Assembly: GCF_008065095.1 (NCBI RefSeq)
Contig: NZ_CP042911.1
Coordinates: 7,650,001 to 7,682,000, forward strand
From: Gemmata obscuriglobus
GTDB taxonomy: Bacteria > Planctomycetota > Planctomycetia > Gemmatales > Gemmataceae
DNA length: 32,000 nucleotides
Direction of reading: 5' to 3'
Each line of letters starts with the position of its first letter. The first letter of the stretch is position 1. Shown here in pieces: positions 30,574 through 32,000 of the stretch. Made by a program: the position numbers and the translations under genes. The notes below the pieces were generated by a model. It was not told where the DNA came from. It did no database searches and was given only the letters and a program-made list of their open reading frames with translations.

Positions 30574-32000
30574 ATGGCAGACCCGCGTGGGTTCTTGAAC
30601 GTCGAGTTGCAGAAGCCGACCCCCCGGCCGATCCACCTGCGCGTCCGCGACTACGACGAGCTGTACCAGCCGATGCCGGTCGCGAGCACGCGCGCGCAGG
30701 CGACGCGGTGCATGGACTGCGGCATCCCGTTCTGTCACACCGGGTGCCCGCTGGGCAACCGCATCCCGGACTGGAACGACCTGGTCCACCGGAACCGGTG
30801 GCAGGAGGCGCTGACCGCGCTGCACGACACGAACAACTTCCCGGAGTTCACCGGCAAGACGTGCCCGGCCCCGTGCGAGGCGTCGTGCGTGCTGGCGCTC
30901 AACGGCGCGGCCGTCACGATCAAGACGATCGAGCAGGCGATCGTCGACCACGGCTGGGAGCAGGGCTGGATCGTCCCCGAGCCGCCGGGCCACTCGACGG
31001 GCAAGTCCGTGGGCGTCGTCGGGAGCGGGCCGGCGGGCCTGGCGGCCGCGCAGCAGTTGCGCCGGGCCGGGCACGCGGTCACGGTGTACGAGCGCGACGA
31101 CCGGCTGGGCGGGCTGCTGATCTACGGCATCCCCGACTTCAAGATGTCGAAGGACTACGTCGCCCGGCGCATCCACCAGATGCGCGAGGAGGGCGTCGAG
31201 TTCGTCACGAACGCCGACATCGGCAAGAACGTGGACCCGCAGGAGCTGCGGGCGAAGCACGACGCGCTGGTGCTGACCGTGGGCGCCACGCGGCCGCGCG
31301 AACTCGACATCCCGGGCCGCAACCTCCAGGGCGTCGTGCAGGCGATGACGTTCCTGACGGCCCAGAACCGCCGCGGGCTGGGCGACCAGCTCCCGGCCGA
31401 CAGCATCAGCGCCGCCGGCAAGAACATCATCATCATCGGCGGCGGCGACACCGCGGCGGACTGCCTGGGCACCTGCCACCGGCAGGGCGCCAAGTCGGTG
31501 CTGCAACTGGACTACAACCCGTGCCCGCCGGAGAACGTGAACCCGGACACGCCGTGGCCGCTGTGGCCCAAGATCCTGCGCATCACCCCCGCGCACGAGG
31601 AGGGCGGCAAGCGCGACTGGCAGATCAAGACCCAGCGGTTCGCCGGCGACGACCAGGGGCGCGTCACGGAGCTGCACGCGGTCCGCGTCCACCACTACTT
31701 CGACAAAGACGGCGAGCGCCAGTTCGAGGAGCTGCACGGCTCGGAGCTGGTGTTCCCGTGCGACCTCGTACTGCTGGCGATCGGCTTCGCGGGGCCAGAG
31801 CGGAGCCTGCCGGAGCGGCTGGGGCTGGCGATGACGGAGGGCGGCGCGATCCGCAGCGACGCGAAGTACGCGACATCGGTCCGCGGGGTGTTCACGGCGG
31901 GCGACTGCCGCCGCGGGCAGTCGCTGGTGGTGTGGGCGATCGCCGAGGGCCGCGAGGCCGCCCGGCACGTGGACGAGTTCCTGACCGGCCAGCCGAGCCG
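30574..32000 (+). CDS. gltD: Glutamate synthase small subunit (NADPH), 3' end beyond the window
   Basis: This ORF is absent from the ORF track because it has no stop in the window. My translation from ATG 30574 gives MADPRGFLNVELQKPTPRPIHLRVRDYDELYQPMP...RCMDCGIPFCHTGCPLGNRIPDWNDLV...GKSVGVVGSGPAGLAAAQQLRRAGH...IIIGGGDTAADC...VFTAGDCRRGQSLVVWAIAEGREAA, which are the typical GltD Fe-S and FAD/NAD motifs. Confidence 0.95.
   Translation, partial: MADPRGFLNVELQKPTPRPIHLRVRDYDELYQPMPVASTRAQATRCMDCGIPFCHTGCPLGNRIPDWNDLVHRNRWQEALTALHDTNNFPEFTGKTCPAPCEASCVLALNGAAVTIKTIEQAIVDHGWEQGWIVPEPPGHSTGKSVGVVGSGPAGLAAAQQLRRAGHAVTVYERDDRLGGLLIYGIPDFKMSKDYVARRIHQMREEGVEFVTNADIGKNVDPQELRAKHDALVLTVGATRPRELDIPGRNLQGVVQAMTFLTAQNRRGLGDQLPADSISAAGKNIIIIGGGDTAADCLGTCHRQGAKSVLQLDYNPCPPENVNPDTPWPLWPKILRITPAHEEGGKRDWQIKTQRFAGDDQGRVTELHAVRVHHYFDKDGERQFEELHGSELVFPCDLVLLAIGFAGPERSLPERLGLAMTEGGAIRSDAKYATSVRGVFTAGDCRRGQSLVVWAIAEGREAARHVDEFLTGQPS

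Overview
GC-rich (roughly two-thirds G+C by eye) bacterial chromosomal window. The gene content points to a Planctomycetota, Gemmata-like genome; this is an inference, not a database result. The clues are an H4MPT-linked hydantoinase-like gene, FHA and Ser/Thr-kinase signalling, many signal-peptide hypotheticals, rsmH outside a dcw cluster, and abundant palindromic intergenic repeats.

The window is mostly core metabolism and housekeeping:
- ribD
- an orphan FHA-GAF histidine kinase
- a 946-aa Hsp70-like ATPase
- a co-directional trio: a hydantoinase-A-like ATPase, an amino-acid-kinase-fold gene split by a 143-bp hairpin element, and a wHTH-AAA+ ATPase
- a beta-propeller protein
- rsmH
- DUF72
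- a nucleoside-hydrolase-like gene
- three secreted hypotheticals
- a DUF985 cupin
- a Ser/Thr kinase
- an SGNH hydrolase
- pfk-ppc in tandem
- gltB-gltD (gltD runs off the 3' end)

I saw no tRNA, rRNA, CRISPR array, transposase, integrase, phage gene or recognisable defence gene. I did not find a convincing new multi-gene system.

The most unusual content is non-coding:
1. A MITE-like hairpin element splits a gene, and its exact removal restores the reading frame.
2. A nested array of inverted A/T-rich repeats lies at about 18.2-18.4 kb.
3. A REP/BIME-like double hairpin unit lies between gltB and gltD.
4. A 30-bp-stem hairpin follows the Hsp70-like gene.
5. A triplicated 10-15-mer sits in a divergent promoter region.

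Among proteins, the atypical giant Hsp70-like ATPase and the wHTH-AAA+ ATPase are the least-understood candidates. The long antisense ORFs in the track are GC-composition artefacts.
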